DNA of 64,000 nt from Octopus sinensis (taxonomy: Eukaryota): contig NC_043004.1 in NCBI RefSeq assembly GCF_006345805.1, positions 94,302,001 to 94,366,000 of the forward strand. Direction: 5' to 3'. Positions 34,294 to 44,149 of the stretch are shown here, piece after piece. The notes under the pieces were generated by a model. The model worked only from the letters and a program-made list of their open reading frames with translations, searched no databases and was not told the origin of the DNA. Numbering within the stretch: the stretch's first letter is position 1; the number at the start of each line of letters is the position of its first letter. The position numbers and the translations under genes are program-made.

Positions 34294-37200
34294 ATGAGCA
34301 ATGAAGATTCCAAGAAGCGTCTATTGAATATCTTAAAATGGCTCGAGGATTACCAAGGGAGTAAATCCCAATCAGATCCTCCATCATTATCGATAGATCT
34401 TGGTAATTCATCAAGGCATGGGGAGCAATCCATGGATAACAAATTAAAGCAGTGCAAGTCTAACCCAGCATGGAAAAGTCCGTGTCGAGATTCTCCGCCA
34501 ACAATTGTGAAAAGCAGCGAAAATATGAGTACATCATCATCGTCATCTACGTCCGATACGAGGATGTATGATGAGAAATTTAATGGCGCTTTGGCTAATG
34601 ACAGCAATACTTGTGAATTGAAACATTTTTCAGTAATGAGCACAGATTCTCGGCAGATTAATGCTAATACTAAATTCGGCTTAGAATTATCTGATGTACA
34701 AAATGCAAATACTTCTGCATGTCCAAAGGAAAAAGATAAGCCTAGTTCTAAAGCCATTTCTGCGAATGGTGATCTGCAAGACAATGCTGATGAAATATCT
34801 GAGAATCTTCAATTTGCTGCTGCTGCTTCTACAGCTGCTGCTGCTTCTTCTACTGCTGCTGCTGCTGCTACCGGCAGTGGTGATGGGGATGATGGTGGTG
34901 CTGGTGGTGGAGAAGATGTGGCTGAAGAAAGTATAGCTGTTTCGAATTTTGAAGGCAAAACACTAGAAGATCCTCTAAAATCACCTGACGATGAAAGTCA
35001 AATGATCTCTAAATCAAAATCAGTTCTCACGGATCAAAATGATGAAGAATCGATTGCTAGTGTTTTCGTACAAGATTTTGGTGTTAGTAAAACGTTAGAG
35101 AAACAATCACAGGAAAAAGTTTCCACGGAAGTTGACAGTGATAAAATACCTACTGAACAAACATGTCACTCTGAAAACTCAAATGAAATTCTTTCCGGAG
35201 TGTCTGGCCATCTTTTCCCAAGAATTGGAAATGTTGTATGCCCACAGGCTACCTCTGACACGCCTTCCCATTCAACTGGAATAAATGATCCATTAGTCAA
35301 CGAGAGTGATAAAAGCAGACAGTACGGCTCACCTCAGCCACTTATTCAGTCAAAATATTCAGTCACACCAGAAAATAAGCACATCAGTTCCAACTTAAAT
35401 CCGAATGATAATCCACAGACTGTTTTAAATTATAAGAATACCAACACTCAATATTTAGGTAAAACCTTAAACGTTGAGAGCGATTCTGTAAGGAACTCCA
35501 GTTCTGACTCTAAACCTTCAACATCCAGTATCGTAGAAGAAACTCAGGAGGCAACTATAAAGTCAAGCCAGATACAAGATAAGAGTTTGAAAGAAGACTG
35601 TTGTACTCTTTCTTCATCTGTGAACAGTACTGACGGAAATATGGCACCAGATCAGAATACTTTACTTGATTCGGATCAAATGATGATAAAACATCAAGAA
35701 CAACCTAATGACAAATTTGTTAAAACAGGACCAAACTTAAGAGATAAAGAGGAAATTCCCGCAAAGCATTTGAATAAGTTTTCCACAATGAACACAGCAA
35801 TGAATGCTACGTTAAATTTATCAAACCCAGCCGGAGAGGAAGCTGATATTTACAGAACAAGAAATATGTCAAATTACCCTTCGGTTTATAATAGCAGTCT
35901 GTTCAAGAATTCGTTCATAAATCCTAGACCATGTTCCAGCAATGATGATCGTCGTCAAATTCCAGAACAATGTTATCAAGAATGTCAACCATTATATTTT
36001 GCAAATATGTCCATGAACAATTCTTCTGATATACAGTACATTTTTTACCCTAATTCAGTAAACTCAGCATCTTCTACGCTTTGTTATTCTCCCCGATTCC
36101 AGTATAACTCTGTAAGCAATTACATCGGCGAAAGCAACGATGGCTTGGCCATGTCATCTAACATTTTCAGTAACCATCAAAGGACCGACTTTAAACCTGT
36201 TAGTTCTCCCTATATGGTTTGTTTACAGAAATCTCCACCGGTAACATCTGTTAGTGAGGAAAAAACTAACGTAAACGGTATTCGCGAATTTATAGAAAAT
36301 TGCCAGTCTCTACAAAACTCTTATGTAAATGTACCAGAAATGAGTAATCAGGATCAATACACAGTCTTACAGAATGCAGTTTTAACACCCCCTCAACAAA
36401 GGCAGCAACAATTATATCCAAATATGTATAATAAAGGCAACCAACCAGATTATATGGTTTATAAGACAAATAGATTGGCTCACAATTCTAATAATTGCAT
36501 TAAGAACTTTAATCAATTTATGTCTTCCCAAGAGTTTTATTCTCAAATTGATAATTCCACTGTGAAATATCCTAGTAATCCTCATAATCCAGACTTTTGT
36601 CAATCTAAGCCAATGACTAATGCTCGATCTATTCAGTGTCCGACTGCTGATAGCAGTGCACAAAACATGTCACATCCTATTTCAAATGTAAGAACAGATA
36701 ATGTGACATCACCAAAACAATATTTGACTCAGAACAGCTTACAACCAAGAATGGAACCCTTATCACAACACAGTCGTATTAATGAGAGGTTTGATTCCAA
36801 TATACAAAATGAAGTTAAAGGTCATGCTGGAATCGACATATATAATAAAACGACTGGATGCTCTGTAAATCCTTCAAAAGACAGTGAAGTCAACAGAAAC
36901 AATAATGGGTATCTGAAACCAAAGAATTACATACAATTTCACTCTACATCAAATAACACGTTCAGAAACCCTTTCAACACCGGCATTAACTCAGGCAACT
37001 CGCTCCCACAATTCCATCAGCGCCATTATAACTCGGAAGTTACTCAACCGGAGAATTTTAGAGACATAATGACATGGATTCCAAAACCTTCCAGAAATGT
37101 CCCTTGTGATCCAACTAAAGTTATCAATAAAGAAATGGGAAACACAGCAAAAATACCTCACCAAGTGCAACTACAAAAGTATTCTAATTTATCGATGTCT

Positions 37201-40200
37201 GAAATAAAAAAGAATGGCTACATTTCTGAGAATGGTCAGTATTTGCAAAATCAAATGTACAACATCAGTCAGCCTCTACTCAGCCAAAACATGGGGCACC
37301 ACCAACATCTTGTCTCTGGCGTTAGCTCTTCAATATTTAAGCTGCAACATCCTGTAAGGTATACCCAGCCATCAGTATCAAGTGAGCATAATGCTACAGG
37401 AACGTCTACAGAGACAATGCAAAATGAGATTACTCAGTATTTTGATACGAGTATCCGAACTCCAGTCGATTCTTCAGGATCTCGAATTAATTACTTTGGG
37501 TCAGAATATTCATCTGGCCTTAATGGACAAGCAGATAACAATTTTCAAGCCATAAATGTAAATGAGCCTTCAAATGCTCAGCAAATACAAAACTCGAAAC
37601 AGTGTAGATCAGAAAATGTTTTACAAGAACTAACTGAATCCAGTTTTTGCTTTTTAGATAACGGCTTTCTAGAAGAGAGTCCAAATGACGAAGGTAAATC
37701 ACTTTCAGCATTTAATGGAAAATATGATGGATCTAAGAACGGTCAGTCTTCGGACATGAGCGATGAATCCTTTTTGTTCTCGGATTACGACCCAGTCTTC
37801 CTGGCTAATCTACTGACCAATGATTTTGACTCTTTCAGTGATTACAACTCTGCTTTTGATGAAGGGTTCGAAGATGCTGCTTCTGTAACTATGACGAATT
37901 CAGTTCAAACTGAGAATGATTTTATAGAAAATATTGTTTCCAGCTTTGAAAGTGACACACGTAATCCCGATAACATTATGGTTCTTCAAAATTCCGACAA
38001 TAACCAGCATATTAATTTGTCCAATATTCAAGCAGCTTCCGATACGTCTATTTCTGTTACATCGTCATCTACAAACGATGATCAGAAATCAAATTTTCAC
38101 TATGATAACCAAATGAAATATTCTACGTATCCCAATAACAGCTTGGGTTCATTTACAAAACCAGTTTACACTAGTCAGTGTACAACAACTCAAGGTGGAA
38201 TTATTAGACAACGATATCCAAGCAAAACAACAACCTATCAGTGCACTCCAGGACAGACTATATACGCTGCAGATATGGTTCCACGAATCGATATCGACCC
38301 GCATGCCTCAAAAAGAAGGAACCTATCTACTGGGTCTGTAATGGGCCCGCCAACCGTGGTTTTGGAAGAAAAGAAACATTTTTCATATGATCCAGAAGTT
38401 ACAAAAAGGTTCTCGGATCGATGCGCCTCGAAAACAGCTTATCAACTTGCTGAGTCGATCAGTGAATTTGAAATCAACAGAGGCAGATATGTAAAAAAAT
38501 CTCGAATCTCCTCCAAAGAAAACAGTTTTAAAAATGAGAGTGGCTCAAAAACAAAGATTGACGACACGTCGTCGATGTCTTTTTCAGTTGATGATGGCGG
38601 ATTTAGAAACAGATACACCGATTATGTTAACGAACGTTCTACGGAAATAAAATCTTCGAATACTGGTATACCTTCTAAATCTGTAACATCAAACGTTGAA
38701 AAAGTACAACATAAAACCAAAGATGTAAAAGAAGTTCCTCGAAGACCACGCGGAAGACCGCGATTAAGCGAGGAAGTCAAAAGGGAACGAGCAATGAAAA
38801 AAGCAATGCAAGCAAAATTTACACCAAGAACTAGAATTAAAAATAACACAAAAAAGAATGGAAAAGAGCAAACTGTTCAGCAAATTTGTAATCCGTCAAA
38901 TAAAAATTTCAGTTCGGAAACTGATCTGAATCTTTCAAATGATTCCCAGCAGCACAAAAGTGAGGCAGACAATAATAAAGCTTCGCAAATACATTCTGAC
39001 ACCATAATTGTTACAGACGGTAGTGGACATTCTGAAAACATCGAAAATCCGGGTAGCTCAGTATTTAATGAACAAGCAAAAGAGAAAAATAATGAAAGTG
39101 AAGCAGCACTCCCGACATCAAATTTAAATATTGATCTTTCGGAGACACCGTTGCAATTAACGAATGAAAAACATTTAAAAGAAAATGGTGAGAATGTAAG
39201 CAAAATGGAATTGAAAGAAAACGGATGGTTTGATGAGGGTTCAAATCTAAGCCAGGAGGAAAGGCAGATGAAATCTTATCTAGAATTGAAAAAGAAGTTA
39301 GACAAGCGACAAAAGACAAATAAAGCGTCATGGAAATGTCCGTATCTCCAGTCCAAAACGAAAAATGAGGAATCTCGGCGAAATTTTTCCAAGAAAAAGT
39401 CTATATCAAATTACTATGGATCAACGAAGAGGTGGTATTCCGAGAGAAATACAAATTCGAAAAAACCAACCGATACAAACGAAGACAGCATGCACAGCCT
39501 TAATAGTTCTTGTAGCACAGCTGAAATACAAGAACCTTTGAAACTGGCTCTGCCAGCTGAAGACAAAATGTCTCCAACGAGTAACAATCATAACTCCAAC
39601 AAAACAATGAGTGCTTCTAACAGAAATGAATTGTCCTCTATGGAATTGCATGCAATAAGTGTTCCAGAGCAGACAAAACAGCAGAAAATATCTAAAACCT
39701 TAAGTGATTTGGCGGATAAGCGCCGGCTAAGCTCCCAGTCTTCTGTTAGACAAAAACTACCATTGTCTGAGAAACAAAACAGGAGTCAAAATTTAAATAA
39801 TTGCAAAAATAAAAGGTCGTCTCCAATTGCTATGATCCACCCATGCATCCCTTTACCTATCTATCCTCCTCCGCCTCCACCTTTGTTCAGACTTCCTCCT
39901 CCACCTCCGCTTCGAGAGAAAAAAGTTACACCTCGAAATGTCGGCGCAACAATAGTCGAAAACGCGAGACTTTGTTATGAAGCCATTAAACACCAATTAT
40001 CAAAAGCTGAATCAGATTTTGACAGTTTTCTCATCAGTTACGCAAACATTGTTCAAGGTTTGCAGCATTGTGGGGCAGAAAGATATCGTCGTATTAAAGA
40101 AATTTTACTGAAGACATCTGAAATGAAAGTAGCAATTGGTGATAAAACATCGTCTGAAAATAAAGGAGTTGAGCAATCATTAGTAAACGCAAATATTTCA

Positions 40201-43200
40201 GAAAATGGGGGAGAAACAAAAGGTATGACTCGTGAAAGAAGTACAAATAAGGTTTTGTCGGATATAGATGCGTTAAGCATACAAGGAGATTCGTCCGCTA
40301 ACGAAAAGCCTCTGGACAGGAATGAATTCACTGACGATTATACTGAATTGGTCAGAATCATTCTCACTAGTCGTGCTGATGAATACAGGAACATAAAACT
40401 TGTGATCAGTCGTAATATTTGCGGTGGAACTGATATGAAACAAATAGTGAACAAAAACACAAACCAAGCGGAACTAGAGGCAAAGAAAGCAAAGCTAGCA
40501 GCATATTTTGAAAATGTGGGTAAGATGGTAATGATGGAAGAAAAACTTAGTAATATACCGACCAAATCCCGTGGTCCAGGAAGAAAACAAAAAAGGAAAA
40601 GATCTATCAAGAAATCCCTGGGTAGTCAAAAAGGAGAGAAAACATCAAAATTTCTAGCGAATTTGAATTCCGACATGTTGAATAACGAGATCGAAGGACA
40701 GAAAGATCGCCGAGACATTACTTCGAATCGGAGAAAATCTGATTTGGAAGAAAAAGCCTATGTTGATCATTTACTTGATACGGAGGTCTCAGCAGGTAAA
40801 CTGAAGAAAAAAAGAGTTGGTAGACCAAGGAAAAATACCACAAGAGAAAGTCCTGGTGTTTTAAGCAAACAATGTAGTAAGAAAGAGGAAGAGAAATATT
40901 CTGAGAAAGACGAGAATATGGTGGAATTATCCTCTTCTAGTGATGGTGGTTTCGTAGAAGAAAGCACAGGGGATTATATCTTAGGTTTGGGGACAGAAAG
41001 TGATGACGATATTTTATTCAATTCTGTAAAATTTCAAACATACCTTTCAGAGAACGACACAAAATGTTCTGAGGAAGAACAGAAAAGTGATTTAAAGGAA
41101 AATTCTGTTGCAGGAAACTTTTCAAATGTTGTGACCCCTACTACTGAAATTTGCAAGCAACATGAATTAAAGAAAATAATCCCTGACTCACCAGAACATG
41201 CATTAACAGACGCAACACATGAGATAGGATGTGGTAATTCGAAATTTTCACCTATGAAGTTAAATACCAAAGTTTCTAGCCGACAGTCATTGACAAACGG
41301 AAGTAGAAGGAAAGTTTGTTATGATTTGTCTTCTATAGACAGGAAGGGTAGTAAAACTGACATCCTGACGGATCCCTCTGCTAAAGAATATGTTCCTTTT
41401 AAAATACGCAACCAATCGAAAATTATAAAACCCAAAACAGCCGTTATTCCGAAAGAAATTCGTCAGAGAAAACTCGGTATGCATTCACAGAAAGTTAGGC
41501 AATCAAAGTTGCAAAGAAATGCAAAGAAAATAGATGATAAACCAGTAAAAGACAGCCGTCGCACGAAAGATAATACAAACATATGTGAAGGCAATGCGAA
41601 ACCTACAATTATCAGAGAGACTAAGAATGAACTTAAGGCATTGAAAAATGTCGATCCAATAGAATCTTGCGCGGATGAACATGTAAATCTTATGTATATT
41701 GATAGTGATACTGAAATGTCCGATACATCTAATATTGATTCCGTTGAAAGCTGGAAAGTAAGGAAAGAAAACAGAAAGTTAAAGCGAAAACGCTTTCTGA
41801 TAAATAATTCTATATTCTCTATAAAATATTGTAATTCTTTACGCACTCGCTCATTGGAACCAGATAACTCCTCCGAAAGCTATTTCCAAAAACAAAATGC
41901 TCAGAAAAGAAATATGTCATTTAAAGATTACATTCCAAAAATAGAAAACAACTTAACAAGTAACGATGATGAATGGATGATGGAAGAAGTCTTGAGATCA
42001 GATTCAAAAGAAATCTCTACGGATGCTGATGAAAACACACCAAGAGCAAAGGGCAAGAGAAATAAACGAACAAATATTGAAGGGTCAAGAAACATCGACC
42101 TCTCAGTTCCAGACCTGAAGGTTACTGCTGCAAGTAGTGAACAGTCGAAGAATGGCATCAGTAATTCCGGGGAATCGTCGAATAAATCCAATGAAAGAAA
42201 AGACTCAATGAATCTAAAATTTGTCCAGAAATCTTCCAAATCTGGGCCACATGCTAAAAGGAATTACAACCGGACACTTCAGAGAGAAAATATTAAAGAC
42301 GTTAGCGTTACAAAAGTAACCAACTCAACGGAAGTACTGAATATTTCCGAGATGGAAAATGTGGCATCATTTATTGAAAATACAGTTGATCATAACAAGA
42401 TAAAAGATGACAAAACAAACATTGTTTGCCAAAACCAATCGACAAATGATAAAAGAACAAAACATAGTCGTTTGTCATCTAAAGTGACATCAGAAAGCAA
42501 AAAAACGAATTCGAGAAATGGAGAAATTTTGAAAATTCAATCAATTAATTTTGAAAAAGAGCCTTTTCTTATTAAGACTTCAACACTTTTAAAGGAAGAA
42601 GAACGCTTTAAAACAATTCATGAAACGAAAAACATATTCGATATGTTGTATCAGACGGTCGGAACTGCTGGCAATGAGACTTCTTTAACAAATCAAATTG
42701 AATCCATGGACGGTTTAGAAAGTTCTAGTAGTAACTGCAGAAATGGTCAATATTCAAAATCTGATGTTAATTTATTAAAGGTATGGGATTCTAAATCTTC
42801 CAAACTTCCAGTACTACCAAATCTTTTGAAAACTGCTACATTAAATGCTGGTAATGATCGGAAAACTTTAGTAGTGAACTGTTGTAGACTGGAGAATAAT
42901 TTAAGCAATTCTTACTCGACACAGTCTTCTGAATGTATAGGTAGCATTACCAACTCTGACACGAAAATGAAACCAAACTTCGCATGCAAGGAAATACTCA
43001 AAGATAATTATGTCTCTCCGGAAGATCGACGTATAAATAAAAAAGTTCGCTTCTCACAAGACAATGACGAGGAGGAAGCAAGTTCAAGAAAAAACCGTAA
43101 ACTGAAAATTCCTGTAAATGAATCAAATTATAAAGAGGGAGATTCTAAAACAAAATCTGCTCTGAAGACTTCAAAATCTGGAGGAACTTCAAAGAAACTT

Positions 43201-43794
43201 TTTGACACTGACGAAGAGTTCACACACAAAGATTCTCGAATTAAGAAGTCGGATTCTTCTACACGGACTTCAATTTCTAAAAATCTTGACTTTTATGAAG
43301 GTATAATGCACGTAGATGTCGTATCACACGTAGACGTATCAGATGCAAGTAGTAATGATAATAAATCAACCAGTAAAGTTAATCATAGTAATACGAAAAG
43401 AACCTCACGTAGACAGAAAAAGCGACCCCCACTTATATGTGAGTACTGTCCTAAACTGTTTACGAAACCTTCTCAGTTACTATATCACACTCGTAGTCAC
43501 ACAGGCGAACGACCATTTAAATGTGATGTGTGTGACAAAGCGTTTGTATCCACTTCTCATCTGTTGCGACACTCTCGTACGCATTCGTCGGTAAAGTCAC
43601 ATATTTGTGATACATGTGGGCGAGGTTTTTCCCAACGTTATAGTTTGCTGATGCACGAAAACATACACTCGGGCATCAAAAGTTTCAAATGTCAGAACTG
43701 TTCGGTAACGTTTCGAACTCGTGAAGGCCTTATTAAACACGAGAGAAAACATTATCAGCATCAAATTCGCAACCCCAAGACGAAAACGACATGA
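34294..43794 (+). CDS. Large (~3166 aa) C2H2 zinc-finger / AT-hook protein encoded by one uninterrupted exon
   Basis: The frame is open from 34168 to TGA 43792-94, and the first in-frame ATG is 34294 (ataATGa). Four C2H2 fingers lie at 43438-43752 (linker TGERPF). AT-hooks RRPRGRPR (38740-63) and RVGRPRK (40813-33), a poly-Ala tract (~34815-70) and a poly-Pro tract (~39860-910) are present. The true start may lie on an upstream exon. Confidence 0.9.
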   Translation: MSNEDSKKRLLNILKWLEDYQGSKSQSDPPSLSIDLGNSSRHGEQSMDNKLKQCKSNPAWKSPCRDSPPTIVKSSENMSTSSSSSTSDTRMYDEKFNGALANDSNTCELKHFSVMSTDSRQINANTKFGLELSDVQNANTSACPKEKDKPSSKAISANGDLQDNADEISENLQFAAAASTAAAASSTAAAAATGSGDGDDGGAGGGEDVAEESIAVSNFEGKTLEDPLKSPDDESQMISKSKSVLTDQNDEESIASVFVQDFGVSKTLEKQSQEKVSTEVDSDKIPTEQTCHSENSNEILSGVSGHLFPRIGNVVCPQATSDTPSHSTGINDPLVNESDKSRQYGSPQPLIQSKYSVTPENKHISSNLNPNDNPQTVLNYKNTNTQYLGKTLNVESDSVRNSSSDSKPSTSSIVEETQEATIKSSQIQDKSLKEDCCTLSSSVNSTDGNMAPDQNTLLDSDQMMIKHQEQPNDKFVKTGPNLRDKEEIPAKHLNKFSTMNTAMNATLNLSNPAGEEADIYRTRNMSNYPSVYNSSLFKNSFINPRPCSSNDDRRQIPEQCYQECQPLYFANMSMNNSSDIQYIFYPNSVNSASSTLCYSPRFQYNSVSNYIGESNDGLAMSSNIFSNHQRTDFKPVSSPYMVCLQKSPPVTSVSEEKTNVNGIREFIENCQSLQNSYVNVPEMSNQDQYTVLQNAVLTPPQQRQQQLYPNMYNKGNQPDYMVYKTNRLAHNSNNCIKNFNQFMSSQEFYSQIDNSTVKYPSNPHNPDFCQSKPMTNARSIQCPTADSSAQNMSHPISNVRTDNVTSPKQYLTQNSLQPRMEPLSQHSRINERFDSNIQNEVKGHAGIDIYNKTTGCSVNPSKDSEVNRNNNGYLKPKNYIQFHSTSNNTFRNPFNTGINSGNSLPQFHQRHYNSEVTQPENFRDIMTWIPKPSRNVPCDPTKVINKEMGNTAKIPHQVQLQKYSNLSMSEIKKNGYISENGQYLQNQMYNISQPLLSQNMGHHQHLVSGVSSSIFKLQHPVRYTQPSVSSEHNATGTSTETMQNEITQYFDTSIRTPVDSSGSRINYFGSEYSSGLNGQADNNFQAINVNEPSNAQQIQNSKQCRSENVLQELTESSFCFLDNGFLEESPNDEGKSLSAFNGKYDGSKNGQSSDMSDESFLFSDYDPVFLANLLTNDFDSFSDYNSAFDEGFEDAASVTMTNSVQTENDFIENIVSSFESDTRNPDNIMVLQNSDNNQHINLSNIQAASDTSISVTSSSTNDDQKSNFHYDNQMKYSTYPNNSLGSFTKPVYTSQCTTTQGGIIRQRYPSKTTTYQCTPGQTIYAADMVPRIDIDPHASKRRNLSTGSVMGPPTVVLEEKKHFSYDPEVTKRFSDRCASKTAYQLAESISEFEINRGRYVKKSRISSKENSFKNESGSKTKIDDTSSMSFSVDDGGFRNRYTDYVNERSTEIKSSNTGIPSKSVTSNVEKVQHKTKDVKEVPRRPRGRPRLSEEVKRERAMKKAMQAKFTPRTRIKNNTKKNGKEQTVQQICNPSNKNFSSETDLNLSNDSQQHKSEADNNKASQIHSDTIIVTDGSGHSENIENPGSSVFNEQAKEKNNESEAALPTSNLNIDLSETPLQLTNEKHLKENGENVSKMELKENGWFDEGSNLSQEERQMKSYLELKKKLDKRQKTNKASWKCPYLQSKTKNEESRRNFSKKKSISNYYGSTKRWYSERNTNSKKPTDTNEDSMHSLNSSCSTAEIQEPLKLALPAEDKMSPTSNNHNSNKTMSASNRNELSSMELHAISVPEQTKQQKISKTLSDLADKRRLSSQSSVRQKLPLSEKQNRSQNLNNCKNKRSSPIAMIHPCIPLPIYPPPPPPLFRLPPPPPLREKKVTPRNVGATIVENARLCYEAIKHQLSKAESDFDSFLISYANIVQGLQHCGAERYRRIKEILLKTSEMKVAIGDKTSSENKGVEQSLVNANISENGGETKGMTRERSTNKVLSDIDALSIQGDSSANEKPLDRNEFTDDYTELVRIILTSRADEYRNIKLVISRNICGGTDMKQIVNKNTNQAELEAKKAKLAAYFENVGKMVMMEEKLSNIPTKSRGPGRKQKRKRSIKKSLGSQKGEKTSKFLANLNSDMLNNEIEGQKDRRDITSNRRKSDLEEKAYVDHLLDTEVSAGKLKKKRVGRPRKNTTRESPGVLSKQCSKKEEEKYSEKDENMVELSSSSDGGFVEESTGDYILGLGTESDDDILFNSVKFQTYLSENDTKCSEEEQKSDLKENSVAGNFSNVVTPTTEICKQHELKKIIPDSPEHALTDATHEIGCGNSKFSPMKLNTKVSSRQSLTNGSRRKVCYDLSSIDRKGSKTDILTDPSAKEYVPFKIRNQSKIIKPKTAVIPKEIRQRKLGMHSQKVRQSKLQRNAKKIDDKPVKDSRRTKDNTNICEGNAKPTIIRETKNELKALKNVDPIESCADEHVNLMYIDSDTEMSDTSNIDSVESWKVRKENRKLKRKRFLINNSIFSIKYCNSLRTRSLEPDNSSESYFQKQNAQKRNMSFKDYIPKIENNLTSNDDEWMMEEVLRSDSKEISTDADENTPRAKGKRNKRTNIEGSRNIDLSVPDLKVTAASSEQSKNGISNSGESSNKSNERKDSMNLKFVQKSSKSGPHAKRNYNRTLQRENIKDVSVTKVTNSTEVLNISEMENVASFIENTVDHNKIKDDKTNIVCQNQSTNDKRTKHSRLSSKVTSESKKTNSRNGEILKIQSINFEKEPFLIKTSTLLKEEERFKTIHETKNIFDMLYQTVGTAGNETSLTNQIESMDGLESSSSNCRNGQYSKSDVNLLKVWDSKSSKLPVLPNLLKTATLNAGNDRKTLVVNCCRLENNLSNSYSTQSSECIGSITNSDTKMKPNFACKEILKDNYVSPEDRRINKKVRFSQDNDEEEASSRKNRKLKIPVNESNYKEGDSKTKSALKTSKSGGTSKKLFDTDEEFTHKDSRIKKSDSSTRTSISKNLDFYEGIMHVDVVSHVDVSDASSNDNKSTSKVNHSNTKRTSRRQKKRPPLICEYCPKLFTKPSQLLYHTRSHTGERPFKCDVCDKAFVSTSHLLRHSRTHSSVKSHICDTCGRGFSQRYSLLMHENIHSGIKSFKCQNCSVTFRTREGLIKHERKHYQHQIRNPKTKTT

Positions 43795-44054
43795 ATTATA
43801 ATAAATTATAAATAATGACGAGGCAGTAGATAAGTTGGAGCGCTAGACTATTTGCTTTGTAATACTGAGTCTCTTGTCACTAAGTTTTGACATCTACTTC
43901 CATCGAAGTCAAATTTACTGCTCATCTTTGCAAGATAGATAAAAAAAACAAGAAATTGACCAAATAACATAGATGCGAGTTAACGTAATTGCTTTAACTA
44001 TTTTTATCCTTTAAAAAAGAATATAAGGCTTTCTGCTAAGTTGGTAAAAATTCA

Positions 44055-44092
<38 letters not shown>

Positions 44093-44143
44093 AAAAAAAA
44101 AAGTTACGTTACAGAATCAAAACGAACTGTATTGATGTTAATG

Positions 44144-44149
44144 AATAAA
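44144..44149 (+). terminator. Candidate polyadenylation signal
   Basis: AATAAA 350 nt after the stop codon, followed by a T/GT-rich downstream element. Confidence 0.45.

Noticed and set aside
34350-42239. Numerous antisense and alternate-frame ORFs inside the giant exon
   Set aside because: Expected shadows of a long coding sequence, with no domains or independent signals.
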